This document shows, piece after piece, positions 41,986 through 52,441 of a stretch of 64,000 nucleotides of DNA. The stretch is taken from the NCBI GenBank assembly GCA_965209155.1, contig OZ242383.1, forward strand, positions 2,592,001 through 2,656,000, in the 5' to 3' direction. This DNA comes from a bacterium (lineage in GTDB: Bacteria; SAR324; NAC60-12). Each line of letters starts with the position of its first letter. Position 1 is the first letter of the stretch. The position numbers were made by a program, and so were the translations under genes. The notes under the pieces are model-generated. The model ran no database searches. It had not been told where the DNA came from and worked only from the letters and a program-made list of their open reading frames with translations.

Positions 41986-42325
41986 ATGGGATTAGATTAT
42001 AAAAAAATGCCCCATGGAATCAAGAGAAATAAATTTTATGGGAATATCCAGTTGAAAAATAAGGACGATTTTGGCACATTGAGCAACATGGAGCCGCTGG
42101 ATTTACAAAAAGTGAATGTGGATCTTTGAAACCATTCTGAAGAAAAGGCTGGAAATAGTTTTTCGATTTTGGAAAAAGATGAACGGGTACGAATGCTTAT
42201 TACGCATTCAAAATGCGTCGTTTCGAAGGAGTGTGAGCAATCCGGATGATTTCTCTGCTTGAACGAACAGACCCCGAGCGGCACCACTGTAAAAAACGGT
42301 ACAATCAAAGAGCAAGGGAGGAATT

Positions 42326-43357
42326 ATGAAACTTGGTTTGGCAACTGGAATCGCAGGCTCCAGGGTGCAATTGCCTATAGGAAGCATCCGGGAAGCCGAG
42401 CAACTCGGTTATTCGATTGTCTGGACGGCGGAAGCCTACGGCGGCGATGCGGTAGCGCCGCTGGCCTGGATTGGTGCGCTTACGCAAAAAATTAAACTAG
42501 GCACCGGTATTATGCAAATGCCGGCCCGTACTCCGGCCAACACGGCAATGACGGCCATGACCCTGGACCAACTTTCCGGAGGGAGATTCGTGTTGGGCTT
42601 GGGTTTGTCGGGTCCCCAGGTCGTGGAAGGCTGGCATGGGCAACCCTTTGGTAAGCCCATTGGAAAAACACGGGAGTATGTCCGGATTGTACGTCAGGTC
42701 TTCGAACGGGAACAACCCTTGACCCATCAAGGAGCGCATTACCAGATTCCTTACGAGGGCAATGATGCTACCGGACTGGGAAAACCATTGAAAAGCATAT
42801 TGCACGGAAGAGCTGATTTGCCGATTTACATTGCAGCCATTGGTCCTAAAAACGTAGAGTTGACCGCGGAAATTGCTGATGGATGGCTCCCCGTTTTATT
42901 CGCGCCGCGTCACTACAAATCAGCTTTCAGGGAATGGGTAGAATCCGGGTTGGCCAAGGCGGGGCACTCAAAAAACATGAATGACCTGGACATCGTCAGT
43001 GCGGTCCCGGTTGCGCTGCATAAAGACGTGGTCGAAGCCCGCCAGCGCATAAAACCACAGTTGGCCTTGTATATCGGTGGTATGGGAGCCCGTGGCAGAA
43101 ATTTTTACAACGACCTGGCGTGTCGATATGGATATGAAGCAGCGGCAAAACAAATCCAGGATCTCTACCTGGATGGGAAACGCAAAGAAGCCATCGCCGC
43201 CGTCCCCGACGACCTGGTGGACGATGTCGCATTGTGCGGTCCTGAAGAACGAATTCGGGACCAACTCGAAATGTGGCGTGACAGTCCGGTCACAACGCTG
43301 AACATCGGGCTTGCTTCAGAAGAAACAATGCGGGTGATGGCAGAGTTGGTGTTGTAA
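42326..43357 (+). CDS. LLM-class (putative F420-dependent) oxidoreductase
   Basis: [35 protein letters not shown]. Confidence 0.88.
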   Translation: MKLGLATGIAGSRVQLPIGSIREAEQLGYSIVWTAEAYGGDAVAPLAWIGALTQKIKLGTGIMQMPARTPANTAMTAMTLDQLSGGRFVLGLGLSGPQVVEGWHGQPFGKPIGKTREYVRIVRQVFEREQPLTHQGAHYQIPYEGNDATGLGKPLKSILHGRADLPIYIAAIGPKNVELTAEIADGWLPVLFAPRHYKSAFREWVESGLAKAGHSKNMNDLDIVSAVPVALHKDVVEARQRIKPQLALYIGGMGARGRNFYNDLACRYGYEAAAKQIQDLYLDGKRKEAIAAVPDDLVDDVALCGPEERIRDQLEMWRDSPVTTLNIGLASEETMRVMAELVL

Positions 43358-43386
43358 TCCCAGCAAAAACTTGTTATCTTTTAATT

Positions 43387-43948
43387 AATCTCATTAAACC
43401 ACCAGCTCTGCTGGTGCGAACCTAATAGGCTTTGCCGGTCAGACATGAGAAACGTATCCGTGTCCGTTAGCCGTGCTCGTGCTTGTGAACGGTCAGTGAA
43501 TTCGACGGCACATTTTGGTTAACATAGAAACAATGTGATGAAGTAACTGTTTCCCTTCGTCAAATAAAGGAGGCTGGATGATCTTCAACACGTTTAAAAC
43601 ATCGAGAATAGCAGCGCATTCCATTGCGGAACCTCGGGCAAATGCATAGAATCGTTGCTTGTCAGGAAAGGAATTTTTTCCACAGCCTTCTGCGATATTG
43701 AGAGGAATCGACCATGAGGCCCTTTTCAGTTGGTCAACTAAGGCTGAGTATCCTTTTGGCAATGTTTCGATGACTTGGACAGATAACGCTAAAAATTCGA
43801 TGGAACATTGGTATACATCGAGTTTTTCATGATCTAACATGGCAGCCTTTTTCGTTCACGAGCACGAGCACGTCTTACGATGACGAACACGTTTTGCCCT
43901 CATATTGGGGGCCTCTTCAAGCCACCGGCTCTGCCATTGGTGATGACT
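43387..43948 (-). mobile_element. 562-bp four-helix-bundle element, copy 9
   Basis: Full length; preceded by TAATT; right hairpin has a 2-nt mismatch (CTGCCATTGG). Confidence 0.9.
43493..43840 (-). CDS. Four-helix-bundle protein
   Basis: Intact paralog (R102H). Confidence 0.88.
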   Translation of the reverse strand: MLDHEKLDVYQCSIEFLALSVQVIETLPKGYSALVDQLKRASWSIPLNIAEGCGKNSFPDKQRFYAFARGSAMECAAILDVLNVLKIIQPPLFDEGKQLLHHIVSMLTKMCRRIH

Positions 43949-44000
43949 CCGGATTCACGTTATTCCTTGTGATTCTTCATCATTTTCAAAGGACCTCAGT

Positions 44001-44276
44001 ATGACATTCGAAGAATTGACATCCCTTGCCGATCCCAAGCGAATTGAGAATGATCATGCTAAAGCTCTCTGGCATGAAATCCACGGCAATTGGGACAAGG
44101 CGCACAAAATTGTTCAGAACATGAGTACCATGCAGGCCAAATGGATCCACGCTTATTTGCATCGCAAAGAAGGTGACATCGGCAATAGTAAATATTGGTA
44201 TCGTGCCGCAGGGATAGAATATCCCGGTAACCTGGATTATAATAAAGAATTGGAAACCATCTTCGAGGAATTATGA
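44001..44276 (+). CDS. Conserved hypothetical protein
   Basis: WDKAH...WIHAYLHRKEGD..N..YWY pattern; AAGGA RBS. Confidence 0.7.
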   Translation: MTFEELTSLADPKRIENDHAKALWHEIHGNWDKAHKIVQNMSTMQAKWIHAYLHRKEGDIGNSKYWYRAAGIEYPGNLDYNKELETIFEEL

Positions 44277-45398
44277 ACGACTATTTTCGAATGATTCTTG
44301 TCGGTTCAGAGTTTCCTGGTAGATCAGCAACGTTTGCCCGGCAGTTTTCTCTTTAGAAAAGGCTCGCACGAATTGGTGGGCTTCGCGGACCAGGCGCGCA
44401 CGGAGTCCTTGATCACTCAACATTCGTTGAACGGCCTTCGCCAGTCCGGGGATGTCCCCAACTGCCGCGGTTAAAGCGGTCTGGCGATTCCGAGCGATTT
44501 CAGGCAATCCACCCGCGTCCGTGGCGACAACCGGAGTCCCCGCGACGAATGCGTCCAGAACCGTTGTTCCCAATCCCTCGGTTTTACTTGTGAAGAGCAG
44601 GAGGTCGAGTTCCGAGAGGATTGCGGGAGCATCGTTTCGGAAACCGGTTAATATGATGCGCTTTTCCAGCCCTTTTGCTGCCACGCTCTCGCGGATCATT
44701 CGTTCCTCACCAGCGTCTCCTCCGACAATGAAAAAGGTCGCATCCAGCCCGTCTTGCAGTAATCGACCGGCAACCTCGACAAAGGTCCGATAATCTTTGT
44801 GCCCGGCAATTGCGGAGACGTTGCCGATCAGGTAGTGATGTTGAGGGACCTGGAATTCGCTGCGTAAAGCAGGTTTAAAACCTGAAGAAAATTTCTCGAG
44901 ATCCACTCCGGAATGGACTACCTCGAGACGGTCCGAATCATGGACTACAGGATTCATCATGTCTGCGATGAAACGGGAAACGCACAGGATGGCATGTACG
45001 CTCGCATGATTGTATTTCCAACGTGAAACCACATTCTGACCAACCGGAACGTCGACCCGTCGACTGACGATGGCAGGGACTGAATTCCCGAGCAAACTTG
45101 CTGAAAGAACGATGATGGAATGAGCATGAGAATCATGGGCATGTATCAACTCGATCCCGAGGCCTCTACAAAGTCGTTTGAGCGTCAATGCGCCTCGGAG
45201 ATCGAATGGTAATCGTTTTTGCAAACCATGATGCGGAATCCCTCGGGAGCGAAAATAGCGCTTTGTTGCCGAATCTATGGGAGAAAGAACCCATTGTTCA
45301 ACCCCATATCCAGAAAGCTCCTCAACCAGGTAGGCGATTTGTTGTTCACCGCCACGCCAGGTTTTCGCTGTTGAGATATGAACCACCTTCATCGGCAT
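44271..45398 (-). CDS. Glycosyltransferase family 4
   Basis: WRGGEQQ, EGLGTTVLDA, VVATDAGGLPE. Confidence 0.9.
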   Translation of the reverse strand: MPMKVVHISTAKTWRGGEQQIAYLVEELSGYGVEQWVLSPIDSATKRYFRSRGIPHHGLQKRLPFDLRGALTLKRLCRGLGIELIHAHDSHAHSIIVLSASLLGNSVPAIVSRRVDVPVGQNVVSRWKYNHASVHAILCVSRFIADMMNPVVHDSDRLEVVHSGVDLEKFSSGFKPALRSEFQVPQHHYLIGNVSAIAGHKDYRTFVEVAGRLLQDGLDATFFIVGGDAGEERMIRESVAAKGLEKRIILTGFRNDAPAILSELDLLLFTSKTEGLGTTVLDAFVAGTPVVATDAGGLPEIARNRQTALTAAVGDIPGLAKAVQRMLSDQGLRARLVREAHQFVRAFSKEKTAGQTLLIYQETLNRQESFENSRS

Positions 45399-45426
45399 AA
45401 AATGAATGGCAGCTTGAGAATTCCAA

Positions 45427-45900
45427 GCTCGTGCTCGTGAACGGTCAGTGAATTCGACGGCACATTTTGGTTAACATAGAAACAATGCGATGAAGTAACT
45501 GTTTCCCTTCGTCAAATAAAGGAGGCTGGATGATCTTCAACACGTTTAAAACATCGAGAATAACAGCGCATTCCATTGCGGAACCTCGGTCAAATGCATA
45601 GAATCGTTGCTTGTCAGGAAAGGAATTTTTTCCACAGCCTTCTGCGATATTGAGAGGAATCGACCATGAGGCCCTTTTCAGTTGGTCAACTAAGGCTGAG
45701 TATCCTTTTGGCAATGTTTCGATGACTTGGACAGATAACGCTAAAAATTCGATGGAACATTGGTATACATCGAGTTTTTCATGATCTAACATGGCAGCCT
45801 TTTTCGTTCACGAGCACGAGCACGTCTTACGATGACGAACACGTTTTGCCCTCATACTGGGGGCCTCTTCAAGCCACCGGCTCGGCCGGTGGTGATGACT
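45427..45900 (-). mobile_element. Element copy 10, lacking the AATCTC end; ORF intact
   Basis: Homology starts within the GTGCTC repeat and runs to GATGACT. Confidence 0.88.
45445..45792 (-). CDS. Four-helix-bundle protein
   Basis: Intact paralog (A68D, A77V). Confidence 0.88.
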   Translation of the reverse strand: MLDHEKLDVYQCSIEFLALSVQVIETLPKGYSALVDQLKRASWSIPLNIAEGCGKNSFPDKQRFYAFDRGSAMECAVILDVLNVLKIIQPPLFDEGKQLLHRIVSMLTKMCRRIH

Positions 45901-46034
45901 TATAATATCAATCATTTAATAATTATGATGCGTCATGCTGGTTCCGGAAGAACCGGTATCCAAACTATCGCCCGTATTCCCTTGGATTCCTGGTCAAGCC
46001 AGGAATGAGACGATATTTAACACCTGGTTCACGT
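45901..46034. repeat. Right portion of the TIR MITE
   Basis: Colinear with 33306-33439 (TATAA..TCAAT..GTCATGCTGGTTCCGGA..GGATTCCTGGTCAAGCCAGGAATGA). Confidence 0.7.
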
Positions 46035-46038
46035 ATTT

Positions 46039-46851
46039 TTAATAGACGGCCTGAACTGCGGGTTCCTTTTTGATTGGCGCCGGGACACCGATCAATTCGC
46101 GCATGCGACTCACCGTCTTTTCGGCAGCACCGGCCATGATCCGCACGTCGTTGCTGATGGTGACGAAACGAAACCCTTTTTCAATCATGCGCATCGCGTA
46201 TTCCGGTGTTCCATTGTGAAGACCTGGTAGTACCCCATGTTCCAAAGACTTGCGTACGATCAAATCAATGGCTTCCACGACGGGTTTTTCGTCCTGGTCC
46301 AACTTGGGAGTACATCCCAACGAATTCGAAAGATCAGCAGGGCCGACATAAATGGCTTTCAGTCCCTCAACCCTCAGAATTTCATCCAGGTTGTCCAGCG
46401 CTTGTTTGGTTTCGATCATGGCAAAGGGAATGATTTCGTCATTGGCTTTCTTGGCGTAATCGTCACCTCCATAGATCATAGCGCGGATTGGTCCAAAGCT
46501 GCGCTGCCCGACCGGAGGGTAATAACAGGCTTCTAAAAATCGTTCCGCATCTTCCCTTCTATTGACCATGGGGCAGATCACACCCATCACCCCGGCATCC
46601 AACATTCTCATGATGATTCCAGGCTCCAACCAAGGCACCCGCGCCAGGGGTATGGTCGGGGTCGTTGAAATAGCCTGAAGCATGGCGATCCCTACTTGAT
46701 AATCCGCTACGCCGTGTTGCAGGTCAATGGTGAGGGAATCCCAACCCTGGTGGGTCATCAATTCAGCAGAAAAGGAGCTGGGGATGGCCAACCAGCCATT
46801 CACCGTCGGTTTTTGTTTTTTCCAATTTTCCCAAATTGTGTTTTTTCGCAT
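46039..46851 (-). CDS. HpcH/HpaI aldolase family protein
   Basis: DLQHG, LDAG..GVICPMV, MIET, VGPADLS. Confidence 0.9.
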   Translation of the reverse strand: MRKNTIWENWKKQKPTVNGWLAIPSSFSAELMTHQGWDSLTIDLQHGVADYQVGIAMLQAISTTPTIPLARVPWLEPGIIMRMLDAGVMGVICPMVNRREDAERFLEACYYPPVGQRSFGPIRAMIYGGDDYAKKANDEIIPFAMIETKQALDNLDEILRVEGLKAIYVGPADLSNSLGCTPKLDQDEKPVVEAIDLIVRKSLEHGVLPGLHNGTPEYAMRMIEKGFRFVTISNDVRIMAGAAEKTVSRMRELIGVPAPIKKEPAVQAVY

Positions 46852-47047
46852 AATAGATCTTTCTTCTTTTTTTGTTTGGTTGTCATTCAGAGCAAAGGTC
46901 TTTTCTCTCGAAAATTCCCTGAGCTATTGATTCGAAAACCCTTGGTTGTTTCGGATTCCCCGAGTCAATCCTTTTTCAACGATGGGTTGTTCATATTGAA
47001 ACATCGGAGGGACTTATCAAGTTTTTTTGATGATTCTACCTCTAAGA

Positions 47048-48217
47048 TCACAGGAGGGATTTTAAGCCTTGAACCAATCGTCCGATTCCTTCCGCAACAG
47101 TTTCTTTTTCCAAGGCTCCATAGGAAACGCGCAAGTAGCATCCTTTCTCCAAACCAAAGGCGGTTCCGGGGATAACGGCCACCTTGTGTTCTCGAATGAG
47201 CCGGTGCGCCAGTTCCATGGAGTGATAGGATCCCTGCACTTTGATTAAGAAGTAAAAAGCTCCCCGGGTTTCGGGAACCTGAATCAGCCCTTGTAATGGA
47301 GTCAATTTATCCAGGACCAAAGAGCGGACCTCTGCCAGGGATTCCAAGTATGGAGTGCAGAAACTCGCACCCACTTGCAGGACTCCAACCGCCGCATATT
47401 GACAAAGGACAGGAGGACAAATCAGAATCGTATCCTGAATTTTCTTGACAGCAGACATTAAATGTTGCGGGATCACCATATAACCAATGCGCCAACCGGC
47501 AAAGCCATATGCTTTCGACAGGGAATAGAGCGAAATCGTGTAGTTCCCTGAATTTTCGAGCGATCCCGGAGAGAAATGTTCAACGCCCTCGTAAGTGAAA
47601 TACTCATAAGCTTCATCGCTGATATGATAAATGCTGCGGGCTTTACAAATTTCATTGACGGCAGTCAATACCTCCCGGGGATAGACGGCGCCCGTCGGAT
47701 TGTTTGGGGAAACCGTCACCAACGCCCGGGTTTTAGAAGTGATCGCCGCCCGGATTTGATCGGGTTGCAACTGGTATTGATCGTCAGTCGGCACCAAGAC
47801 GGGTTTGCAACCGGCCATAGTAATCGCCATCTCATGGTTGAAGTAATAAGGAGATTGGAGAATGATTTCATCCCCCGGACTGGTTATGGCCAGGACTGCA
47901 TTGATGAAACCCATATTGCCCCCTGCGGTCACAACAACCTGATATTGAGGTGAGAGGTCGATTCCATTTTCCACTTGCAGCTTTTGCGCGATTAATGAAC
48001 GCAGTGGTTCCACTCCCTCGACGGCTTTATACTTGTGAATTTCAAAATCCTGCAGTGCCTGCTGCATGGATTGGATGGCCTGGACCGGCGGACTGTAGTG
48101 TACCACTCCCTGCCCCAGGGAGATGGTGCCCGGGACTTGCCGAATCCATTCCCCGACAACGGGAATGATGGGAGTTTGTACGGCTTGAATCCGTTCTGCT
48201 TCTCTCATGCTTCCCAT
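47048..48217 (-). CDS. Class I/II PLP-dependent aminotransferase
   Basis: SPNNPTG, SDEAY, SLSKAYGFAGWRIGY. Confidence 0.93.
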   Translation of the reverse strand: MGSMREAERIQAVQTPIIPVVGEWIRQVPGTISLGQGVVHYSPPVQAIQSMQQALQDFEIHKYKAVEGVEPLRSLIAQKLQVENGIDLSPQYQVVVTAGGNMGFINAVLAITSPGDEIILQSPYYFNHEMAITMAGCKPVLVPTDDQYQLQPDQIRAAITSKTRALVTVSPNNPTGAVYPREVLTAVNEICKARSIYHISDEAYEYFTYEGVEHFSPGSLENSGNYTISLYSLSKAYGFAGWRIGYMVIPQHLMSAVKKIQDTILICPPVLCQYAAVGVLQVGASFCTPYLESLAEVRSLVLDKLTPLQGLIQVPETRGAFYFLIKVQGSYHSMELAHRLIREHKVAVIPGTAFGLEKGCYLRVSYGALEKETVAEGIGRLVQGLKSLL

Positions 48218-48409
48218 AATGGACTTCCTGACTGGGCTTCCGGTATTTACCGGAATTTGGAATCGGCGTTCAGTTCCCGATAAAGATGCTTCATTTGTTA
48301 AAAACGTTCAATCATTAAATGTGAATTTTCATCGGATTGGTTTTAAAGGCGACGCGATAAGAAATCTTGCAAAGTGAAAGCTGACCGCGTAACTTTTCAG
48401 ATTGCTCTA

Positions 48410-48614
48410 AGTCATCACCACCGGCAGAGCCGGTGGCTTGAAGAGGCCCCCAGTATGAGGGCAAAACGTGTTCGTCATCGTAAGACGTGCTCGTGCTCGT
48501 GAACGAAAAAGGCTGCCATCACGAGCACGGCTAACGGACACGGATACGTTTCTCATGTCTGACCGGCAAAGCCTATTAGGTTCGCACCAGCAGAGCTGGT
48601 GGTTTAATGAGATT
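48410..48614 (+). mobile_element. ORF-less element, copy 11 (205 bp)
   Basis: Same deletion junction as copy 8, opposite orientation. Confidence 0.9.
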
Positions 48615-48653
48615 AATTCGGGTGAATCAATATATGCTGTGGCACAAAATTCT

Positions 48654-49586
48654 ATGGAATCAAACATCATTCAAGTGAAAAACGTCAAAAAGAGTTATGG
48701 CTCGCTGAAAGCCGTCGATGACATCAGCTTCGACGTTCCAAAATATTCTTGCTTTGGGTTTTTGGGACCCAATGGGGCGGGAAAGACGACATTGATTAAA
48801 ATACTATATGGTAAATCATATCCCGATCAGAATCCTGCGGGTGAAGTTACAGTCTTCGGACTGGACCCTCAAAAAGAAAGTTTGAATGTGAGATCCATCT
48901 CCAGCGTGGTGCCTCAAGAGGACAACTTGGATGGTGATTTGAATGTTGCCGAAAACCTTGTGGTTTATGCGAAATTCTATGGCATTCCGCATAGACTGGC
49001 AAAAGTCAGGATTAAAGAATTGTTGCAATTCATGGAGTTGTCGGAAAAGCAAAAATCCCGGGTGATAGAGCTTTCTGGTGGCATGAAACGTCGACTCTCC
49101 ATTGCTCGCGCTCTTCTGCATCATCCCAGATTATTGATTTTGGATGAACCCACTACGGGGTTGGACCCCCAAGTGCGACACATGATATGGGCCAAATTGA
49201 GGCAACTGAAAGCCGAAGGCACCACGATTCTTTTGTCAACCCACTACATGGAAGAAGCATTTCAAATCTGTGATCGCATCCTCATCATGGATAAAGGGAA
49301 AAAAATGATGGAAGGGGCGCCAAAAAATTTGTTGGCTGAACACATAGAACAATTTGTCATTGAAACCGTTAAATTTGATAAAAAACAAATCGCGACACTG
49401 CCTTTTGATCGAAATCGCATCCGCAGTGACTACTCCCACCAGATGCCCGTTTATTATTCAAACGACTTGAATGCCTTGAAAGAATTGGAGAATTATTTGA
49501 TCCCTGGAAATTACCAACTGCGACATTCCAATTTGGAAGATTTATTTCTCAAAACAACGGGAAGGAATCTCAATGAACAACAATAA
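48654..49586 (+). CDS. ABC transporter ATP-binding protein (NodI/DrrA-like)
   Basis: GPNGAGKTT, LSGGMKRR, LDEPTTGLDP; the longer ORF start lies inside the repeat element. Confidence 0.9.
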   Translation: MESNIIQVKNVKKSYGSLKAVDDISFDVPKYSCFGFLGPNGAGKTTLIKILYGKSYPDQNPAGEVTVFGLDPQKESLNVRSISSVVPQEDNLDGDLNVAENLVVYAKFYGIPHRLAKVRIKELLQFMELSEKQKSRVIELSGGMKRRLSIARALLHHPRLLILDEPTTGLDPQVRHMIWAKLRQLKAEGTTILLSTHYMEEAFQICDRILIMDKGKKMMEGAPKNLLAEHIEQFVIETVKFDKKQIATLPFDRNRIRSDYSHQMPVYYSNDLNALKELENYLIPGNYQLRHSNLEDLFLKTTGRNLNEQQ

Positions 49587-50349
49587 TCCTCCTTCGTTTT
49601 TTTCGAGGATATTCAGTGTCTGGTATCGTCATGCCTTGGTATACACTCGTTATTTTTTCAGTAACTCATTTCCGGTCTTGATCGATCCTTTGATTTTTTT
49701 AGGCGGACTTGGCTTGGGACTTGGGTCCTACATTGTATTGAGTGACGGTCATCCTTACATTGAATTCCTGGTTCCGGGAATGATTCTGGTGCCGTCCATG
49801 TTCGCCGCCGCATTCGAATGTTCATTCGGAACATATTCGCGTATGGAATATCAAAAACTCTATGACGGCATGCTGGGAACGCCTTTGACCGTGAATAATA
49901 TCCTGATGGGGGAGCTTCTTTGGATCGGTACAAAGGGGATGTTCATTTCATTCATGATCATGATCGCGTTGGTTTTGTTAGGAGTCGTGCCTTTGTCCTC
50001 TTACTTCATTACGCCGATTGTCGGTTTTTTTACCGGAGTTTTGTTTGGTTCTTTAACGCTTTTGTACACATCCTATGTCAAGACCCTCAATCACCTCAAT
50101 TTCGTCATGACCGGCATCGTCTTCTTTTTCATGGTATCCGGCGTCGTCTTTCCGCTCGATAACGTTCCCCGCGTCATCGGTTATTTGGCAGAAATTTCTC
50201 CTTTGACCCACCTGGTTCGTTGGGTGCGTGCCTTGATATCCGGGAAATTCGAGCTTCACTTATTTTGGGGAATCTTGTATTGTCTCTTGGTTTTTTCGGT
50301 GGCGAGTACTCTGGCAATAAAACGTTTTAGCCGGAGATGGATTGTTTAA
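49573..50349 (+). CDS. ABC-2 type permease (NodJ-like)
   Basis: Hydrophobic multi-TM protein; YIEFLVPG, SGVVFPL, SPLTH. Confidence 0.85.
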   Translation: MNNNNPPSFFSRIFSVWYRHALVYTRYFFSNSFPVLIDPLIFLGGLGLGLGSYIVLSDGHPYIEFLVPGMILVPSMFAAAFECSFGTYSRMEYQKLYDGMLGTPLTVNNILMGELLWIGTKGMFISFMIMIALVLLGVVPLSSYFITPIVGFFTGVLFGSLTLLYTSYVKTLNHLNFVMTGIVFFFMVSGVVFPLDNVPRVIGYLAEISPLTHLVRWVRALISGKFELHLFWGILYCLLVFSVASTLAIKRFSRRWIV

Positions 50350-50473
50350 ATGGTTGGATCGAGTCTGCTTTCCGGGAGAAATGCTCTTGTTTTTTTTAAA
50401 CCGTTGGTTTGAAATAGAGACTTGATTTAAAGGAAACACCTGCCCTCCTTGCCACGCGGAACCGGGAAATTGA

Positions 50474-51502
50474 ATGATTGACGTCGCCATAATCGGAGCA
50501 GCCGGCTTGTCCGGTTTGGAATTGATCAGGTTGTTGATAAAACACCCTCGAGTGAGGCTGGAAGTGCTCACTTCGGGGAAATACGCAGGGCAAAGTCTGT
50601 CAGAATATTTTCCTCAATTTATAGGATCGTCTCTTCGATTTACAGACCATGAGGCAGGTGCCGCAGGGTGTGATGTGGCTTTTTTGGCCATTCCCAACGA
50701 AGCCAGTCTGGAAATGGTTCCCCGGCTGTTGCATCGAGGAGTGCGGGTAGTGGATTTGTCCGGGGTCTATCGATTGCGGGACGTGACGGTCTTTGAGCAA
50801 TTTTATAACTTGAGACACACATCACCCGGGTTGCTCAGCGAAGCGGTTTTTGGTCTCCCTGAATATTTCAGGAAACAGATTTCCGGCGCGCGTCTCGTGG
50901 CCAATCCGGGATGTTATCCCACAGGCGCGCTGCTGGGAATACTTCCTTTTGGAAACCTCGTGGAAGCCTTGGATCGCCCTCCTGTGATTGACGCCAAATC
51001 CGGAGTGAGCGGGGCAGGCGGAAGAGTGGAAGACGAAACGACCAATTATGTTAATGTCAATGAAAATTTCAAAGCCTACAAGGTTTTCCGGCATCAACAT
51101 CTTCCTGAAATAGAACAGTATTTGCAGGATTGCGCTCCGTATAACGCAGGGAGACTAGGAACCGTTTTGTTCACCACGCATTTGCTGCCACTCACCCGCG
51201 GAATTTTAAGCACCATTTACTTACACTTCGATGAAGCGCTTTCAGCGGATCAAGTGCAGGGTCAATTCGAAAGCGTTGCGCAGCAGAATCCCTTCTTCCG
51301 TGTATTACCAAGAGGTCGGTTCCCTGAATTGAACATGGTGCAAGGTTCAAACCGCTGCCTGGTGGGACTGGATTGTGACGCTTCTCGGAAAAGCTGGATC
51401 GTCATCACGGCGATTGACAATTTGCTCAAAGGCGCAGCCGGACAAGCTCTTCAAAATATGAACCTGATGTTCGGTTTCGAGGAAACGAGTGGTTTGATTT
51501 AG
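50474..51502 (+). CDS. argC: N-acetyl-gamma-glutamyl-phosphate reductase
   Basis: ANPGCYPT, SGVSGAG, IDNLLKGAAGQA. Confidence 0.95.
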   Translation: MIDVAIIGAAGLSGLELIRLLIKHPRVRLEVLTSGKYAGQSLSEYFPQFIGSSLRFTDHEAGAAGCDVAFLAIPNEASLEMVPRLLHRGVRVVDLSGVYRLRDVTVFEQFYNLRHTSPGLLSEAVFGLPEYFRKQISGARLVANPGCYPTGALLGILPFGNLVEALDRPPVIDAKSGVSGAGGRVEDETTNYVNVNENFKAYKVFRHQHLPEIEQYLQDCAPYNAGRLGTVLFTTHLLPLTRGILSTIYLHFDEALSADQVQGQFESVAQQNPFFRVLPRGRFPELNMVQGSNRCLVGLDCDASRKSWIVITAIDNLLKGAAGQALQNMNLMFGFEETSGLI

Positions 51503-51512
51503 GGTCATGACT

Positions 51513-52400
51513 CTACGACGTCCCTTCCGTCGTCCATGATGCATCCGATTGGGTTTCACGGCGGTCCGGCCCGCTGAGGGTCTCGAAATGACACATTTCC
51601 TTCAATCTCGAATAGATGCGTTCCCCGACGCGTTTGCGTAGGGTGTCGGCAGTGAATCGTTCTTCATCTCCCCTGTTTTTGGAGAGAAGACGTTCTTTGA
51701 TGGTGGTTTCTTCTTTTTCCGTATGATTGGAAGTTACCATGATGCGATTGTTGCTGTTGTAACGTTCGGTAATGAGGGTATCCAGGATGTTCAATTCCCA
51801 TTCGTTATTGCGGCCCTTGCCCAAATCGTCAATAATCAGGAAATCCGCTTCCAGTAAGGGGGCGATGGTTTCCATTTCGGATTTCCCGGTGGCGTATCCT
51901 TCTTTCAATTCGGAAAGCAACTTGTCGAAGGGACGAAACATGCAGGAAATGCCATGAAGGATCGTACACTGGAAAACAAAACCGGCCATCAGGTGCGTTT
52001 TTCCCGTCCCGGGCGGACCCATCAAGACCAATCCTTTGCGGAGTACGGTGGATTTGGGATTTGCTTTTAATCGAATAATCGTATTCAGCAAACTATAAAT
52101 GTTTTCGTTGTGTTGATCTTTGTCTTTGCGATTGAGCTGACTGAGGGCAAAATTTTTGGGAATGCGAGCCTTGTTGTATAATTGGATATGGCGCAAACGT
52201 CCTTCACATTCCGTACAGGGAACTGCGACTTCCCGCCCCTGAGCGTCTTGTTCCAGCAGAAATCGCGTGTTGTGGCAAGCAGGACATGGTGACGGAAAAC
52301 ATTGACAAAATTCAGCTTGCGCGTAGTTTCCCGAGATGGGATCAATGACGATCCGACTGCCTTGACAGCGCTTACAGGATGGGGGCGTTTTTTTTCCCAT
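51513..52400 (-). CDS. DnaC/IstB-like AAA+ ATPase with Cys-rich N-terminus
   Basis: CxxC pairs; GPPGTGKTHL, LIIDDLG, TSN, RIYSRL. Confidence 0.8.
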   Translation of the reverse strand: MGKKTPPSCKRCQGSRIVIDPISGNYAQAEFCQCFPSPCPACHNTRFLLEQDAQGREVAVPCTECEGRLRHIQLYNKARIPKNFALSQLNRKDKDQHNENIYSLLNTIIRLKANPKSTVLRKGLVLMGPPGTGKTHLMAGFVFQCTILHGISCMFRPFDKLLSELKEGYATGKSEMETIAPLLEADFLIIDDLGKGRNNEWELNILDTLITERYNSNNRIMVTSNHTEKEETTIKERLLSKNRGDEERFTADTLRKRVGERIYSRLKEMCHFETLSGPDRRETQSDASWTTEGTS

Positions 52401-52441
52401 TTTCGACGATCACGATGAATGAATAGAGCGAGCTTTAGCGG

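Noticed and set aside
41558..41992. Target-site duplication around the 41.6-kb MITE copy
   Set aside because: Only an imperfect TAGGGGA/TATGGGA match, in a different register from the 33-kb copy; not convincing.
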